Below, one piece after another: positions 37,459 to 46,739 of a stretch of 64,000 nt of DNA (positions within the stretch are counted from its first letter, which is position 1; each line of letters starts with the position of its first letter). A program made the position numbers and the translations under genes. This stretch comes from an uncultured Acidobacteriota bacterium (lineage in GTDB: Bacteria > Acidobacteriota > Thermoanaerobaculia > UBA5066): contig CAWIUK010000015.1 in NCBI GenBank assembly GCA_963839295.1, forward strand, positions 43,347 through 107,346, read 5' to 3'. The notes below the pieces were generated by a model that saw nothing but the letters and a program-made list of their open reading frames with translations, ran no database searches and had not been told where the DNA came from.

Positions 37459-38130
37459 TCAGTCTGCTTCGACCCGGACGTCCTCGTAGGCCTTCGCGAG
37501 CTCGGCCCGGAGGGCGTCGGGTTTCGCGCACTCGACGCGCATGATGAGCTCGCGCTTGCCCGCCGGGACCCTCGCGTAGGAGCCGAGGATCGAGAAGATC
37601 CTGCCCCCCGCCGTCCGGCAGAGATCGGCGACCTCGCGGATGGACCCGGGCTTGTCGGGGATCAGGAGGTCGACGCGGAGCCGGCCCTTGCCGACGCCCG
37701 TGATGTCGACGAGCGCCCGGAAGACGTCGCCCTCGGTCAGGATCCCGGCGAGGGCGCCCTTCGCGTCGAGGACCGGGAGCCCCTCGACGCGCTTGTCCAT
37801 CATGATCTGGGCGGCGCGCTCGATCGGCGTGTCGGGCGACACGGTGACCGGCTTCTTCGTCATGATGTCGCCGATCTTCAGCTTGTCGAGGACGTAGTGG
37901 AGCTCCCAGATGTCGAGCGTCGTCGCGCGCGAAGGGGAGACGTCCTTGAGGTCGCGGTCGGAGACGATGCCGACGAGCTTGCCGTCGCCGTTCACGATCG
38001 GGATCCGCCGGATCTTCTTTTCCTTCATGAGGTGGATCGCGGCCGACAGCGAATCCGTCGGCTTGAGCGTGATCACCTTCGGGGTCATCCATTTGTCGAC
38101 GCGCATCGTCCGGGCCTCCAGACCGGCCAT
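37459..38130 (-). CDS. CBS-pair plus ACT domain protein (AcuB-like)
   Basis: Two CBS motifs (MTPKVITLKPTDSLSAAIHLMKEKKIRRIPIV...GIVSDRDL and MTKKPVTVSPDTPIERAAQIMMDKRVEGLPVL) followed by a C-terminal ACT-like segment. Confidence 0.7.
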   Translation of the reverse strand: MAGLEARTMRVDKWMTPKVITLKPTDSLSAAIHLMKEKKIRRIPIVNGDGKLVGIVSDRDLKDVSPSRATTLDIWELHYVLDKLKIGDIMTKKPVTVSPDTPIERAAQIMMDKRVEGLPVLDAKGALAGILTEGDVFRALVDITGVGKGRLRVDLLIPDKPGSIREVADLCRTAGGRIFSILGSYARVPAGKRELIMRVECAKPDALRAELAKAYEDVRVEAD

Positions 38131-38156
38131 TATTACGGTCCCGGGTCGCCCGCGGG

Positions 38157-38178
38157 GCGATGATTCGGATGTATCAGG
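38157..38178. promoter_or_regulatory. shared motif copy 2 (GATGATTCGGATGTATCAGG) in the 43-bp gap upstream of the CBS gene
   Basis: Overlaps the TGA stop of the GGDEF-EAL gene. 19 of 20 bases match copy 1. Confidence 0.35.
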
Positions 38179-40624
38179 CGCCGGCCGGGCGCGGGAGGAG
38201 GCCGAGCGACTTCTCCACGTCTTCGGCGGGAGCGGGGCGCGCGAAGAGGTAGCCCTGCACGTCCTCGCACGCGAGGGCGGCGAGCAGCGCGGCCTGCTCC
38301 TCCGTCTCGACGCCCTCGGCGGTCACCGCCAGGCCGAGGTTCCGCGCGATCGAGATGACGGTCGCGACGATCGCGTGGTCCTTGTCGTGGCTCGCCATTC
38401 CGGCGACGAACGACTGGTCGATCTTGAGCCGCCGGATCGGGAAGTGCTTGAGGTAGTTCAGGGACGAGTGGCCCGTCCCGAAGTCGTCCATCGAGATCTG
38501 GATCCCGAGGTCCGCCAGCTCGGCGAGGACGCGGCCCGTGTGCGCGACGTCGTGCATCGCGATCGACTCGGTGATCTCGATGTCGAGGGACGAGGGCTGA
38601 AGGCCCGTTTCCTTGACGATCCGCCGGATGTTCGCGGTGAAGTCGCGCTGCTGGAACTGGCGAGGCGAGACGTTCACGGACACGCGCATCGGCGGCGCCC
38701 CCTGCGACTGCCAGGACCGCATCTGCTCGCAGGCCCTCCGGAGGACCCACTCGCCGACGCGGGCGATGAGCCCGACGTCCTCGGCGAGGGGGATGAACTC
38801 CCGCGGGGAGAGGATCCCTTTCTCCGGGTGGCGCCAGCGCACGAGGGCCTCGACTCCGACGATGGAGCGGTCGCGGAGCCGGAGGATTGGCTGGTAGTGG
38901 AGGAGGAACTCGCCGCGGGGCAGCGCACGTCTCAGGCCGGACTCGAGGGCGGCGCGCTCCTGCGACTGCTCCTGCATCTTCCGGGTGAAGAACTGGAAGC
39001 TGTTCCGCCCGGTCTCCTTGGCGCGGTACATCGCCGTGTCGACGTTCGTGACGAGCGTCTCGGCGTCGGCCCCGTCCCCCGGGTAGATCCCGATCCCGAT
39101 GGACGCCTCGACGAAGAGCTCGCGCTTCTGGATCAGGAACGGGTCGGCGAGGATCGCGAGGATCTTGCGGGCCATGCTCGCGGCGTCCGCTTCGCGGGTG
39201 ATCCCGTTCAGGAGGAGGAGGAACTCGTCGCCGCCGACGCGGGCGACCGTGTCGTCCTGCCGGACGCACCGGCGGAGGCGGTCGGCGACCTTCACGAGGA
39301 GCTCGTCGCCAGCCGAGTGGCCGAGCATGTCGTTCACCCTCTTGAAGTGGTCGAGGTCGAGGAACATGACGACGAGCGCCTGCTTGCGCCGCTGCGCGTG
39401 GAGGATCGCGAGCGAGAGCCGGTCGTTGAACAGCACGCGGTTCGGGAGGTCGGTCAGGGCGTCGTGATTCGCCTGGTGCCAGCTCTGCTGCTCGGCGCGC
39501 TTGCGGTCCGTGATGTCGATCAGGCTGCCGTCCATCACGGAGAGGCCTCCCGGCTCGTCCATGAGGCTCTCGTTCGCGAGGACCCAGACCGGGCTTCCGT
39601 CGAGACGCCGCAGGCAGATCTCGAAGTTCACGAGGACCCGCTGCTGCGCGAGGCGCGACAGGAAGGACTCCCGGTCGCCGGGGTCCGAGTAGAGGTCGAG
39701 CGCCGAGACCTTCAGGACGTCCTCCCGGGACGGGTAGCCCAGGATGCGCGCGAACGCCGAGTTGCAGTCGAGGATCCTGCCGTCCACCGTCGTGCGGTAC
39801 AGGCCGGCGAGGTTCCGCTCGAACAGCAGGCGGTAGCGCCGCTCGGAGGCGCGCAGCGCCGAGTCGGCCCGCTTCAGGACGCGGGCGACGAACACGGACG
39901 CGCCGACCCCGACGCCGACGAGGAGGAGCGACATGGCGCCGACCACGACGTGCAGCCGCGTGCGGAACGCCCGGGAGGCCTGGCCGAGCGTCCCGGAGAA
40001 CGCGTCCTCCAGGTCCGCGGCCTGCACGTTGAGCCGTTCGAGCCTCAGGTCGTAGCCGGCGCGCGCGTCGGGCGTCAGGCGGCCGGCCTCGACGTCCTGG
40101 TGCACGACGATCCCGAGCGCCTCGAGCTCGTCGACGACGGCGTCGCTGCGCTCCCAGATCCGGAGCGCGCGCTGGATGTGCTCCGAGTCGCGGAAACGGA
40201 CGAGGACGGAGACCATGTCGTCGGCGTCCGCGGGGGAATTGAGGCCCTCGAGGAAGCCCTGGAGCGCGGCCCGCGGGTCGGGCACGGCGCCCGACATCGC
40301 GAGGCGCGCCTTGCGGTCGCCGCGGGGCACGGTGAGACGCGCGTGGAAGTTGCGGTAATACGTCTCGTCGCCGGTCTCGAGGTACCGCGAGAGGGCGTAG
40401 ACGGCGTCCTTCTGCGCCTTCGACCAGTTCGCCTGGCCCGCGACGAAGGACCGGAAGCCCGAGAGCGCCGACATCCCCACCGCTCCGGCCGCGATGATCG
40501 AGACGATGATCGCGACGAACACGACGACGAGGAAGGCGACGAGGCGCGTCGGCTGGACCGGGCTGTCGCCCGGGACCCGCAGGCCCTGCGGCTCCCGGCC
40601 CTGTTCACGCGTGTCGCGGGGCAC
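38174..40624 (-). CDS. membrane sensor with PAS, GGDEF and EAL domains (diguanylate cyclase/phosphodiesterase)
   Basis: TM segment, PAS region, GGDEF (DHFKRVNDMLGHSAGDELL...RVGGDEFLLLL), EAL (QPILRLRD...EALVRW..., DDFGTGHSSL). Confidence 0.8.
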   Translation of the reverse strand: MPRDTREQGREPQGLRVPGDSPVQPTRLVAFLVVVFVAIIVSIIAAGAVGMSALSGFRSFVAGQANWSKAQKDAVYALSRYLETGDETYYRNFHARLTVPRGDRKARLAMSGAVPDPRAALQGFLEGLNSPADADDMVSVLVRFRDSEHIQRALRIWERSDAVVDELEALGIVVHQDVEAGRLTPDARAGYDLRLERLNVQAADLEDAFSGTLGQASRAFRTRLHVVVGAMSLLLVGVGVGASVFVARVLKRADSALRASERRYRLLFERNLAGLYRTTVDGRILDCNSAFARILGYPSREDVLKVSALDLYSDPGDRESFLSRLAQQRVLVNFEICLRRLDGSPVWVLANESLMDEPGGLSVMDGSLIDITDRKRAEQQSWHQANHDALTDLPNRVLFNDRLSLAILHAQRRKQALVVMFLDLDHFKRVNDMLGHSAGDELLVKVADRLRRCVRQDDTVARVGGDEFLLLLNGITREADAASMARKILAILADPFLIQKRELFVEASIGIGIYPGDGADAETLVTNVDTAMYRAKETGRNSFQFFTRKMQEQSQERAALESGLRRALPRGEFLLHYQPILRLRDRSIVGVEALVRWRHPEKGILSPREFIPLAEDVGLIARVGEWVLRRACEQMRSWQSQGAPPMRVSVNVSPRQFQQRDFTANIRRIVKETGLQPSSLDIEITESIAMHDVAHTGRVLAELADLGIQISMDDFGTGHSSLNYLKHFPIRRLKIDQSFVAGMASHDKDHAIVATVISIARNLGLAVTAEGVETEEQAALLAALACEDVQGYLFARPAPAEDVEKSLGLLPRPAGA

Positions 40625-40630
40625 GCGCGA

Positions 40631-41374
40631 TTATAGGGACGCGCGGGCCGGCGCCTCGCCGACGTTGAGGCCCATCGTGCCGAACATCCGGTCTTCGTAC
40701 CGGGCCGACGCGAGGCCGGCCTGCTCCATGAGGTCGCGGACGCCCCGCTGCGCGGGATAGCGCTCGAGGGACTCCGGGATGTACCGGTACGTGTCCGCGT
40801 CCCCGTGGAACAGCCACCCGACGACGGGCATCGCCGTCCGGAGAAACGCGCCGTACGCGGCGTTCGTGACGGGGTGGGCGGGCTTTCCGAAGTCGAGGAC
40901 GACGGCGCGGCCGCCCGGGGCGAGGACGCGGCGGACCTCCCTCAGGCAGGCGAGCGGGTCCGCGACGTTCCGGAGCCCGTACCCCATCGTCACGGCGTCG
41001 AACGCCTCGTTCGCGAAGGGGAGCCGGAGCGCGTCGCCCTGCGCGAACGCGGGCGTGCCGGGAGCCCCGGTCCGGCGGGAGCGGGCGACGCCGAGCATCG
41101 GGAGGGTGAAGTCGAGTCCGACGACGTGCGATCCCGCGGCCGCGGCCGCGCCGGCGAGGAACGCGAGGTCGCCCGTGCCGCAGCAGAGGTCGAGCACGCG
41201 AAAGCGGCGGGCCGTCCCGGCGAGCGCGAGGTCGACGGCGTCCCGCTTCCAGAGGCGGTGCAGGCCGATGCTCATGACGTCGTTCAGGAGGTCGTACCGC
41301 CCGGCGAGCCGCGAGAACATCGCCCGCACCTTCGGGCCCCGCTCGCCGTCGTACGAGAGATACTTGTTCGGCAC
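40631..41374 (-). CDS. ubiE: demethylmenaquinone/ubiquinone methyltransferase UbiE/MenG
   Basis: YDLLNDVMSIGLHRLWKR and the SAM motif VLDLCCGTGD. Confidence 0.85.
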   Translation of the reverse strand: MPNKYLSYDGERGPKVRAMFSRLAGRYDLLNDVMSIGLHRLWKRDAVDLALAGTARRFRVLDLCCGTGDLAFLAGAAAAAGSHVVGLDFTLPMLGVARSRRTGAPGTPAFAQGDALRLPFANEAFDAVTMGYGLRNVADPLACLREVRRVLAPGGRAVVLDFGKPAHPVTNAAYGAFLRTAMPVVGWLFHGDADTYRYIPESLERYPAQRGVRDLMEQAGLASARYEDRMFGTMGLNVGEAPARASL

Positions 41375-41388
41375 GGGAGGGATTGTAG

Positions 41389-42021
41389 GTGGAGCGCTTC
41401 CTCGTCGACGGCCCCGCGCGCGCGCCTCTCACGCTCGTCCTCGCGCACGGCGCGGGGGCGCCGATGGACTCGCCCTTCATGAACGCCGTCGCGTCCGGTG
41501 TCGCGAAGGAGGGATTCCGCGTCCTGAGGTTCGAGTTCCCGTACATGCACGCGCGGCGCGGGGGGAAGAGGAAGCCGCCGGACCGCGAGCCCGTGCTCCG
41601 GCACGCGTGGCTCGACGCGATCGGCGAGGCGGCCGGGAAGAAGGGGCCTTCGTCCGTGGCGATCGGCGGCAAGTCGATGGGCGGCCGGATCGCGAGCATG
41701 GTCGCGGACGAGGCGGGGGTCGCGGGTCTCGTCTGCCTCGGCTACCCGTTCCATCCGCCGGGCCAGCCCGACAAGCTGCGCGTCGCGCACCTCGAAGGCC
41801 TCGGCACTCCCGCCCTGATCGTTCAGGGCGAGCGAGACACCTTCGGAAACCGCGAGGAGATCGCCCGCTATCACCTTTCAAAGAAGATCCGGATCTTCTT
41901 ACTCCCCGATGGTGACCATTCGTTCAAGCCGCGCGCGTCGTCGGGCCGGACGGAGAAGCAGAACCTCGACGAGGCGATCGCGATCGTCAGCGGGTTTCTC
42001 GCGTCTCTCCGATCCTCATGA
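41389..42021 (+). CDS. alpha/beta hydrolase (KANL3/Tex30-like)
   Basis: GTG start. LTLVLAHGAGAPMDSPFM...GGKSMGGRIAS...GERDTFG...DGDHS. Confidence 0.6.
   Translation: MERFLVDGPARAPLTLVLAHGAGAPMDSPFMNAVASGVAKEGFRVLRFEFPYMHARRGGKRKPPDREPVLRHAWLDAIGEAAGKKGPSSVAIGGKSMGGRIASMVADEAGVAGLVCLGYPFHPPGQPDKLRVAHLEGLGTPALIVQGERDTFGNREEIARYHLSKKIRIFLLPDGDHSFKPRASSGRTEKQNLDEAIAIVSGFLASLRSS
41868..41906. repeat. solo palindromic arm-like segment inside the hydrolase CDS (TCACCTTTCAAAGAAGATCCGGATCTTCTTAC)
   Basis: Contains a perfect 20-bp palindrome AAGAAGATCCGGATCTTCTT. Encodes LSKKIRIFLL using a TTA codon. Weaker family member. Confidence 0.35.
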
Positions 42022-42808
42022 CCCACGCCCGCTCGTCCGGATAGCCCGCGGCGCGTGCGGCCGCGCGGAAACGGACGGGGGGCTCGAACGGCGGCTCGTC
42101 CGTGAGGACGATCGTGCCCCAGTGCATCGCGACGAGCGTCGCGGCGCGGAGGTCGCGTCCGGCCGCGACGGCCTCCTCGGGATCGAGGTGGACCGGCCGC
42201 ATGATCGACGCCGGCTCGTACGCGCCGATCGGCAGCAGCGCGGCGTCGAACGGCCCGTGCTCGCGGCCGAGGTCTGAGAAAACCGGTCCGTATCCGGTGT
42301 CACCCGCGAAGTACAGCGAGAGGGACGGCGACTGGATCTTCCACGAGCACCAGAGCGTCGCGTTGCGGTCGAACGGCGTCCGGCCGGAGAAGTGGATGGC
42401 GGGAAGACAGGTAAGCGAGATCGAAGAGGAAGAAGAAGGATTTCTTAGAAGGGTGCCCTCTCCCCAGACCAGCTCCCGGACATCCGAGTAATGCCGCGAC
42501 GCGAAGAACGAACCGAGCCCGGAAGGCACAATGGCTGCCGCCGCCCCTCTTACCTTCGAAGAAATCTCCTCTACGGATCTCGCATCGAGATGGTCGTAAT
42601 GATTGTGGGAAATCAGGACCGCGTCGATGGGCGGCAGCGCGTCGATCGACAGGCCCGCCGGGACGTAGCGCTTCGGGCCGAGGCCGGGGACCGGGCTCGC
42701 GAAGTCGGAGAGGAACGGATCGGTCAGGATCGTGAAGCCGCCGGTGCGGACAAGGAAGCAGGCGTGACCGAGCCATGTGAGGCTCTCGGGGCCGGCGGCG
42801 GCGAGCAT
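41987..42808 (-). CDS. MBL-fold metallo-hydrolase (NAPE-PLD-like, Lactamase_B_2) carrying an in-frame repeat unit
   Basis: LISHNHYDHLD...IVPSGLG...ELVWGEG...LPAIHFSGRT...LWCSW...YFAGDTGY...FGPFDAALLPIGAYEP. The convergent 3' overlap with the hydrolase gene is 35 bp. Confidence 0.7.
   Translation of the reverse strand: MLAAAGPESLTWLGHACFLVRTGGFTILTDPFLSDFASPVPGLGPKRYVPAGLSIDALPPIDAVLISHNHYDHLDARSVEEISSKVRGAAAAIVPSGLGSFFASRHYSDVRELVWGEGTLLRNPSSSSSISLTCLPAIHFSGRTPFDRNATLWCSWKIQSPSLSLYFAGDTGYGPVFSDLGREHGPFDAALLPIGAYEPASIMRPVHLDPEEAVAAGRDLRAATLVAMHWGTIVLTDEPPFEPPVRFRAAARAAGYPDERAWVMRIGETRETR
42403..42578. repeat. inverted-arm repeat unit 5, inside the MBL-fold CDS and in-frame
   Basis: Forward arm GGAAGACAGGTAAGCGAGATCGAAGAGGAAGAAGAAGGATTTCTTAGAAGGGTG at 42403-42456. 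Reverse arm CCCTCTTACCTTCGAAGAAATCTCCTCTACGG at 42545-42576. The arms encode ARSVEEISSKVRG and GTLLRNPSSSSSISL, in loops whose length equals the loops in NAPE-PLD homologues. Confidence 0.8.
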
Positions 42809-43031
42809 CGCCTTTGCCTCCTGGTGCGGGACGACGTGGCCCGCAGGCACGGCGGGCGGGCGGCCCGTCGCCCGGCGGAGGAAGAACGGCCCGAAGTCGG
42901 AGGGGCCGGCGGTCTGCCGGGGACTGCCTGGCGGGTTCCGGAAGCGCACGCGGCAGGATAGCGGCCCGCCGGCGGGTTAGCATCCGCCACATGACACGCG
43001 ATCGAGCGGCCGCGGGTCCCGCGGCGGCTCC

Positions 43032-43790
43032 ATGACCCCGGCCACGATCGCGCTCCTCTCCGGCTCGGCCCTCGCGGCCGGGGTCATGAACGCTCTCGCG
43101 GGGGGCGGGACGATCCTCACGTTCCCGGCGCTCCTTCTCGCGGGCATTCCCGCGATCCAGGCGAACGCGACGTCCACGGTCGCGCTCGTCCCGGGCGCGC
43201 TCTCGAGCCTCGCGGGCTATCGCCGCGAGGTCCTCACGCACCGCGAGTGGTTCCGGCGGCTCATCGTCCCGAGCCTCCTCGGCGGCGCGCTCGGGTCGGT
43301 GCTTCTTCTCATGACGCCCGAGGCGACGTTCGCCCGGCTCGCGCCTTACCTCGTCCTCTTCGCGACCCTCCTGTTTATGTTCCAGATCGTCTGGTCCCGC
43401 CGCCAGGCGAAGGCAACCGGCCCGCGCACGAGCTGGGGCTTCGCCGCGATCGCGCAGTTCTTCGTCGCGATCTACGGGGGCTACTTCGGGGCGGGCGTCG
43501 GAATCCTGATGCTCGTGATCCTCGGGTTCCTCGGCCTGGAGGACATCCACGCGATGAACGGCCTGAAGAACTTTTTCGGGATCTGCATCAACGGGGTCGC
43601 GTCCGCGTGGTTCATCATCCGCGGAGTCGTGAACTGGCCGCTCGCACTCCTCATGATGGCGGGCGCCATCGCGGGGGGCTGGATCGGCGCGGGGTTCGCG
43701 CGGCGCATCGGCAAGGAAAAGGCGCGCATCGCCGTCGTCGTCATCGGGCTCGGAATCACGATCGTCTTGTTTCTGCAGCAGCGTCACTGA
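43032..43790 (+). CDS. TauE/SafE (DUF81) family anion/sulfite exporter
   Basis: Two-fold repeated 4-TM blocks with glycine-rich motifs (ALAGGGTILTFPALL; YGGYFGAGVGILMLVIL). Confidence 0.75.
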   Translation: MTPATIALLSGSALAAGVMNALAGGGTILTFPALLLAGIPAIQANATSTVALVPGALSSLAGYRREVLTHREWFRRLIVPSLLGGALGSVLLLMTPEATFARLAPYLVLFATLLFMFQIVWSRRQAKATGPRTSWGFAAIAQFFVAIYGGYFGAGVGILMLVILGFLGLEDIHAMNGLKNFFGICINGVASAWFIIRGVVNWPLALLMMAGAIAGGWIGAGFARRIGKEKARIAVVVIGLGITIVLFLQQRH

Positions 43791-43807
43791 CGCGAAAGGA
43801 GTTCCAC

Positions 43808-44233
43808 ATGCCGGCACGCACCGCCAGCGCCGTCTGGACCGGAGACCTCAAGAGCGGAAAGGGCACGATGAAGCTCGGGAGCGGGGCCTGGGAAGGCGCC
43901 TACTCGTTCCAGTCGCGATTCGAGGAGGGCACGGGCACGAACCCCGAGGAGCTCGCGGGCGCCGCCCACGCGGGCTGCTTCTCGATGGCGCTCTCGGCCG
44001 AGCTGTCCAAGGCGGGCTTCGCCCCGACCCGCATCGCGACGACCGCGAAGGTCCACCTCGAGAAAGGCGACGCGGGCTTTTCGATCACCCGCATCGACCT
44101 CGCGACCGAGGCGCAGGTCCCCGGGATCGACAACGCGAAGTTCCAGGAGATCGCGGCCGCGGCCAAGAAGGGCTGCCCGATCTCGAAGCTCTTCACGGGC
44201 GCTCAGGTCAACCTCGACGCGAAGCTGATCTAG
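43808..44233 (+). CDS. osmC: OsmC-family peroxiredoxin
   Basis: AAHAGCFSMALSAELSKAG...AKKGCPISKL. The two conserved Cys are present. Confidence 0.8.
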   Translation: MPARTASAVWTGDLKSGKGTMKLGSGAWEGAYSFQSRFEEGTGTNPEELAGAAHAGCFSMALSAELSKAGFAPTRIATTAKVHLEKGDAGFSITRIDLATEAQVPGIDNAKFQEIAAAAKKGCPISKLFTGAQVNLDAKLI

Positions 44234-44242
44234 GAGGCATCC

Positions 44243-44863
44243 ATGATGAAACCGCGCCGCAGGATTCTTACTCTCAAAGGAACTCTCATCTGCGCGCTTG
44301 CCGCCGGCGCGCTCGCCGCGATGGCGGACGACAAGGCCGCTCCGGCCGCTCCCAGCCAGGACGAGATGATGAAGGCCTGGATGGCGCAGGCGACGCCCGG
44401 CCCGACGCACAAGGCCCTGGAGGCCGCGGTCGGATCGTGGGACGTGAAGACGAAGATGTGGATGTCGCCGGGCGCTCCGCCGGCGGAGTCGACGGGGACT
44501 TCCGAGAACAGGATGATCCTCGGCGGCCGGTTCCTCGAGCAGCGCTACGAGGGCACGATGATGGGGCAGCCGTTCAGCGGCATCGGGATCACCGGCTACG
44601 ACAACTACAAGAAGAGAGTCGTCGCGACGTGGATCGATTCGGCCTCGACCTCCATCATGGAGATGGAGGGCTCCGCGGACAAGGCCGGGAAGGTCATCAC
44701 GTGCACCGGCACGATGAACGACGTGATCGCAAGGAGAGCCATGAAGGTGAAATCGCGCGTCACGATCGTCGACGCGGACCACCACACGTACGAGTCGTGG
44801 CATACCGGCCCGGACGGGAAGTGGTCGCAGGACCTCGAGATCTCCTACACCCGGAAGAAGTAG
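44243..44863 (+). CDS. DUF1579-family secreted protein
   Basis: Signal peptide. HKALEAAVGSWDVKTKMWMSPGAPP...ENRMILGGRFLEQRYEG. Confidence 0.5.
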   Translation: MMKPRRRILTLKGTLICALAAGALAAMADDKAAPAAPSQDEMMKAWMAQATPGPTHKALEAAVGSWDVKTKMWMSPGAPPAESTGTSENRMILGGRFLEQRYEGTMMGQPFSGIGITGYDNYKKRVVATWIDSASTSIMEMEGSADKAGKVITCTGTMNDVIARRAMKVKSRVTIVDADHHTYESWHTGPDGKWSQDLEISYTRKK

Positions 44864-44864
44864 C

Positions 44865-46595
44865 TCACAGGTGCTTCAGCGCCTCGAGCGCGGGCTCGAG
44901 GCGCTGGCGGCGTCCGAAGAAGTCGGCCCACGGGTCGCGCCTTTTCAGGCGCGCCGCGAAGTTCCCGATCGTGAAGTCCTCGGCGCGGAGCGACGGAGTC
45001 ACCTCGCTCCACGCGAGGGGCGTCGAGACGGGCGCGTGCGGGCGGCGCCGCACCGAGTAGGGCGAGACGACCGTCTGCCCGAAGGCGTTGCGGAACGAGT
45101 CGAGGAAGACGCGCCCCTTTCGCGCCGCGATCCGCATCTCCATCGTGAGGTCCTTCGGCCATGCGGCGGCGAGCCGCGTCCCGAGCGTCTTCGCGAACCA
45201 CGTGACGGCCTCGGTGCCCGGGCCGCGCACGATCGGGACGAAGACGTGGAGGCCCTTTCCGCCGGAGGTCTTCACGTACGAGACGAGCTCGAGGGCGTCG
45301 AGGGCCTGCTTGACCTTCAGCGCCGCGGAGGCGGCGTCGGAGATCAGGCCAGAGTCGGGGTCGAGGTCGAAGCAGACCCAGTCGGGCCTGTCGAGGTCGT
45401 CGGCGCGGCTGCCCCAGACGTGGACGGCGATGCAGCCGAGGTTCGCGAGGGCGAGCTGCGTCTCGAGCGCACCGCCCACGACCGTGTTCGTGATCTTGCG
45501 TTCCTCTCCGTGGCGCACGGCGACCGTCGGCGTCCCGGGAGGCATGCTGCCGGGCTTTTCCTTCTGGTAGAAGCACTCTCCACCGAGGCCGTCCGGGCAG
45601 CGCTCGAGAGAGAGCGGCCGGTCCTCGACCCACGGACGCAGCCGCTCGAAGACGCCCGCGTAGAACGCGACGAGATCGCCCTTCGTCCATCCCTCCTCGG
45701 GCCAGAAGACCTTGTCCGGGTTGGAGACGGGCACGGGGAAGACGCGGGAAGAAGACGAAGAGGGACGGGGGGATTTCCTGGAAGGTGAAGAGGGCGGATC
45801 ATCCGCGGCTGCGCGCGGCGGCGACACAATGCGCGCCGGCGTCGCCTTCGCCCTCTTACCATTCGAAGAGATCTTCGGTTTCTCCTCGGACCCTGAATTT
45901 CGAGGCCGCGAGTGCCATACGGCCGGGGAGTCTTTCTTCTTTCGCTCGAGGAGTTTCGGGTTCGCGAGGAGCTTCTCGACCTCGGCGACCGGGTCGCCCG
46001 TGGAGGCCTTCTCGACGTCGCCGCCCTCGTCGATCGCGATCTGCGTCAGGAGGCGGTTCGACGCGACCGATCGCGGGCGCGTGCCGGCGACGTCCTCGTC
46101 CGAGGCGAAGTCGTCGCGGTGCTTGATGAGGAGCCACGCCGGCTTCGCCGAGCCGCCCCAGCCCTTCGTGCGAACGAGGACCCACGAGCCCTTCAGCTTC
46201 TCGCCGTGGAGCGTGAACTTGAGGTCGCCTTTCCCGAGTGCGGCGTCGACGTCCGGCGACTCGGGCGTCCACGTCCCGCGGTCCCAGACCATCACCGTGC
46301 CGCCGCCGTACTCCTCGGCCGGGATGATCCCCTCGAAATCCGCGTACTCGAGCGGGTGGTCCTCCACGTGGGAGGCCATCCTCCTGACCGCCGGGTCGAG
46401 GGACGGGCCCTTCGGCACCGCCCACGAGAGGAGGACGCCGTTCCATTCGAGCCGGAAGTCGTAATGGAGCGCGGTCGCCCGGTGCTTCTGGACGACGTAC
46501 AGGAGGCCGCGCCGCCGGCTCTTCGGTTTCGCCGCGCCCGGCGGCTCGGGCGTGACGGCGAACCGGCGTTTCCGGCGGTATTCGTCGAGCGGCAT
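44865..46595 (-). CDS. ligD: LigD-type 3'-phosphoesterase (PE) plus polymerase/primase domain protein, with no ligase domain
   Basis: PE domain DEYRRKRRF..TPEP...VVQKHRATALHYDFRLEWNGVLLSWAVPKGPS. Pol domain CFYQKE...VCFDLDPDSG...SGGKGLHVFVPI. The low-complexity interdomain linker carries repeat unit 6. Confidence 0.8.
   Translation of the reverse strand: MPLDEYRRKRRFAVTPEPPGAAKPKSRRRGLLYVVQKHRATALHYDFRLEWNGVLLSWAVPKGPSLDPAVRRMASHVEDHPLEYADFEGIIPAEEYGGGTVMVWDRGTWTPESPDVDAALGKGDLKFTLHGEKLKGSWVLVRTKGWGGSAKPAWLLIKHRDDFASDEDVAGTRPRSVASNRLLTQIAIDEGGDVEKASTGDPVAEVEKLLANPKLLERKKKDSPAVWHSRPRNSGSEEKPKISSNGKRAKATPARIVSPPRAAADDPPSSPSRKSPRPSSSSSRVFPVPVSNPDKVFWPEEGWTKGDLVAFYAGVFERLRPWVEDRPLSLERCPDGLGGECFYQKEKPGSMPPGTPTVAVRHGEERKITNTVVGGALETQLALANLGCIAVHVWGSRADDLDRPDWVCFDLDPDSGLISDAASAALKVKQALDALELVSYVKTSGGKGLHVFVPIVRGPGTEAVTWFAKTLGTRLAAAWPKDLTMEMRIAARKGRVFLDSFRNAFGQTVVSPYSVRRRPHAPVSTPLAWSEVTPSLRAEDFTIGNFAARLKRRDPWADFFGRRQRLEPALEALKHL
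45748..45890. repeat. inverted-arm repeat unit 6, inside the ligD interdomain linker and in-frame
   Basis: Forward arm GAAGAAGACGAAGAGGGACGGGGGGATTTCCTGGAAGGTGAAGAGGGCGG at 45748-45797. Reverse arm CCCTCTTACCATTCGAAGAGATCTTCGGTTTCTCCTCGG at 45851-45890. Confidence 0.8.
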
Positions 46596-46739
46596 CCTCC
46601 GGACGATACGGGCAAACCGGGCTTCGCCGCCAGATCCGCGAGGGCTTCTGCGTGCTAGCATCGTGCGCTCCGAGGACGTTCGCGGCTCCTGGATGAGGCT
46701 TGTCACGGGGGCCGGCGGAGGAGGTCTAGGGCCGGGCCG

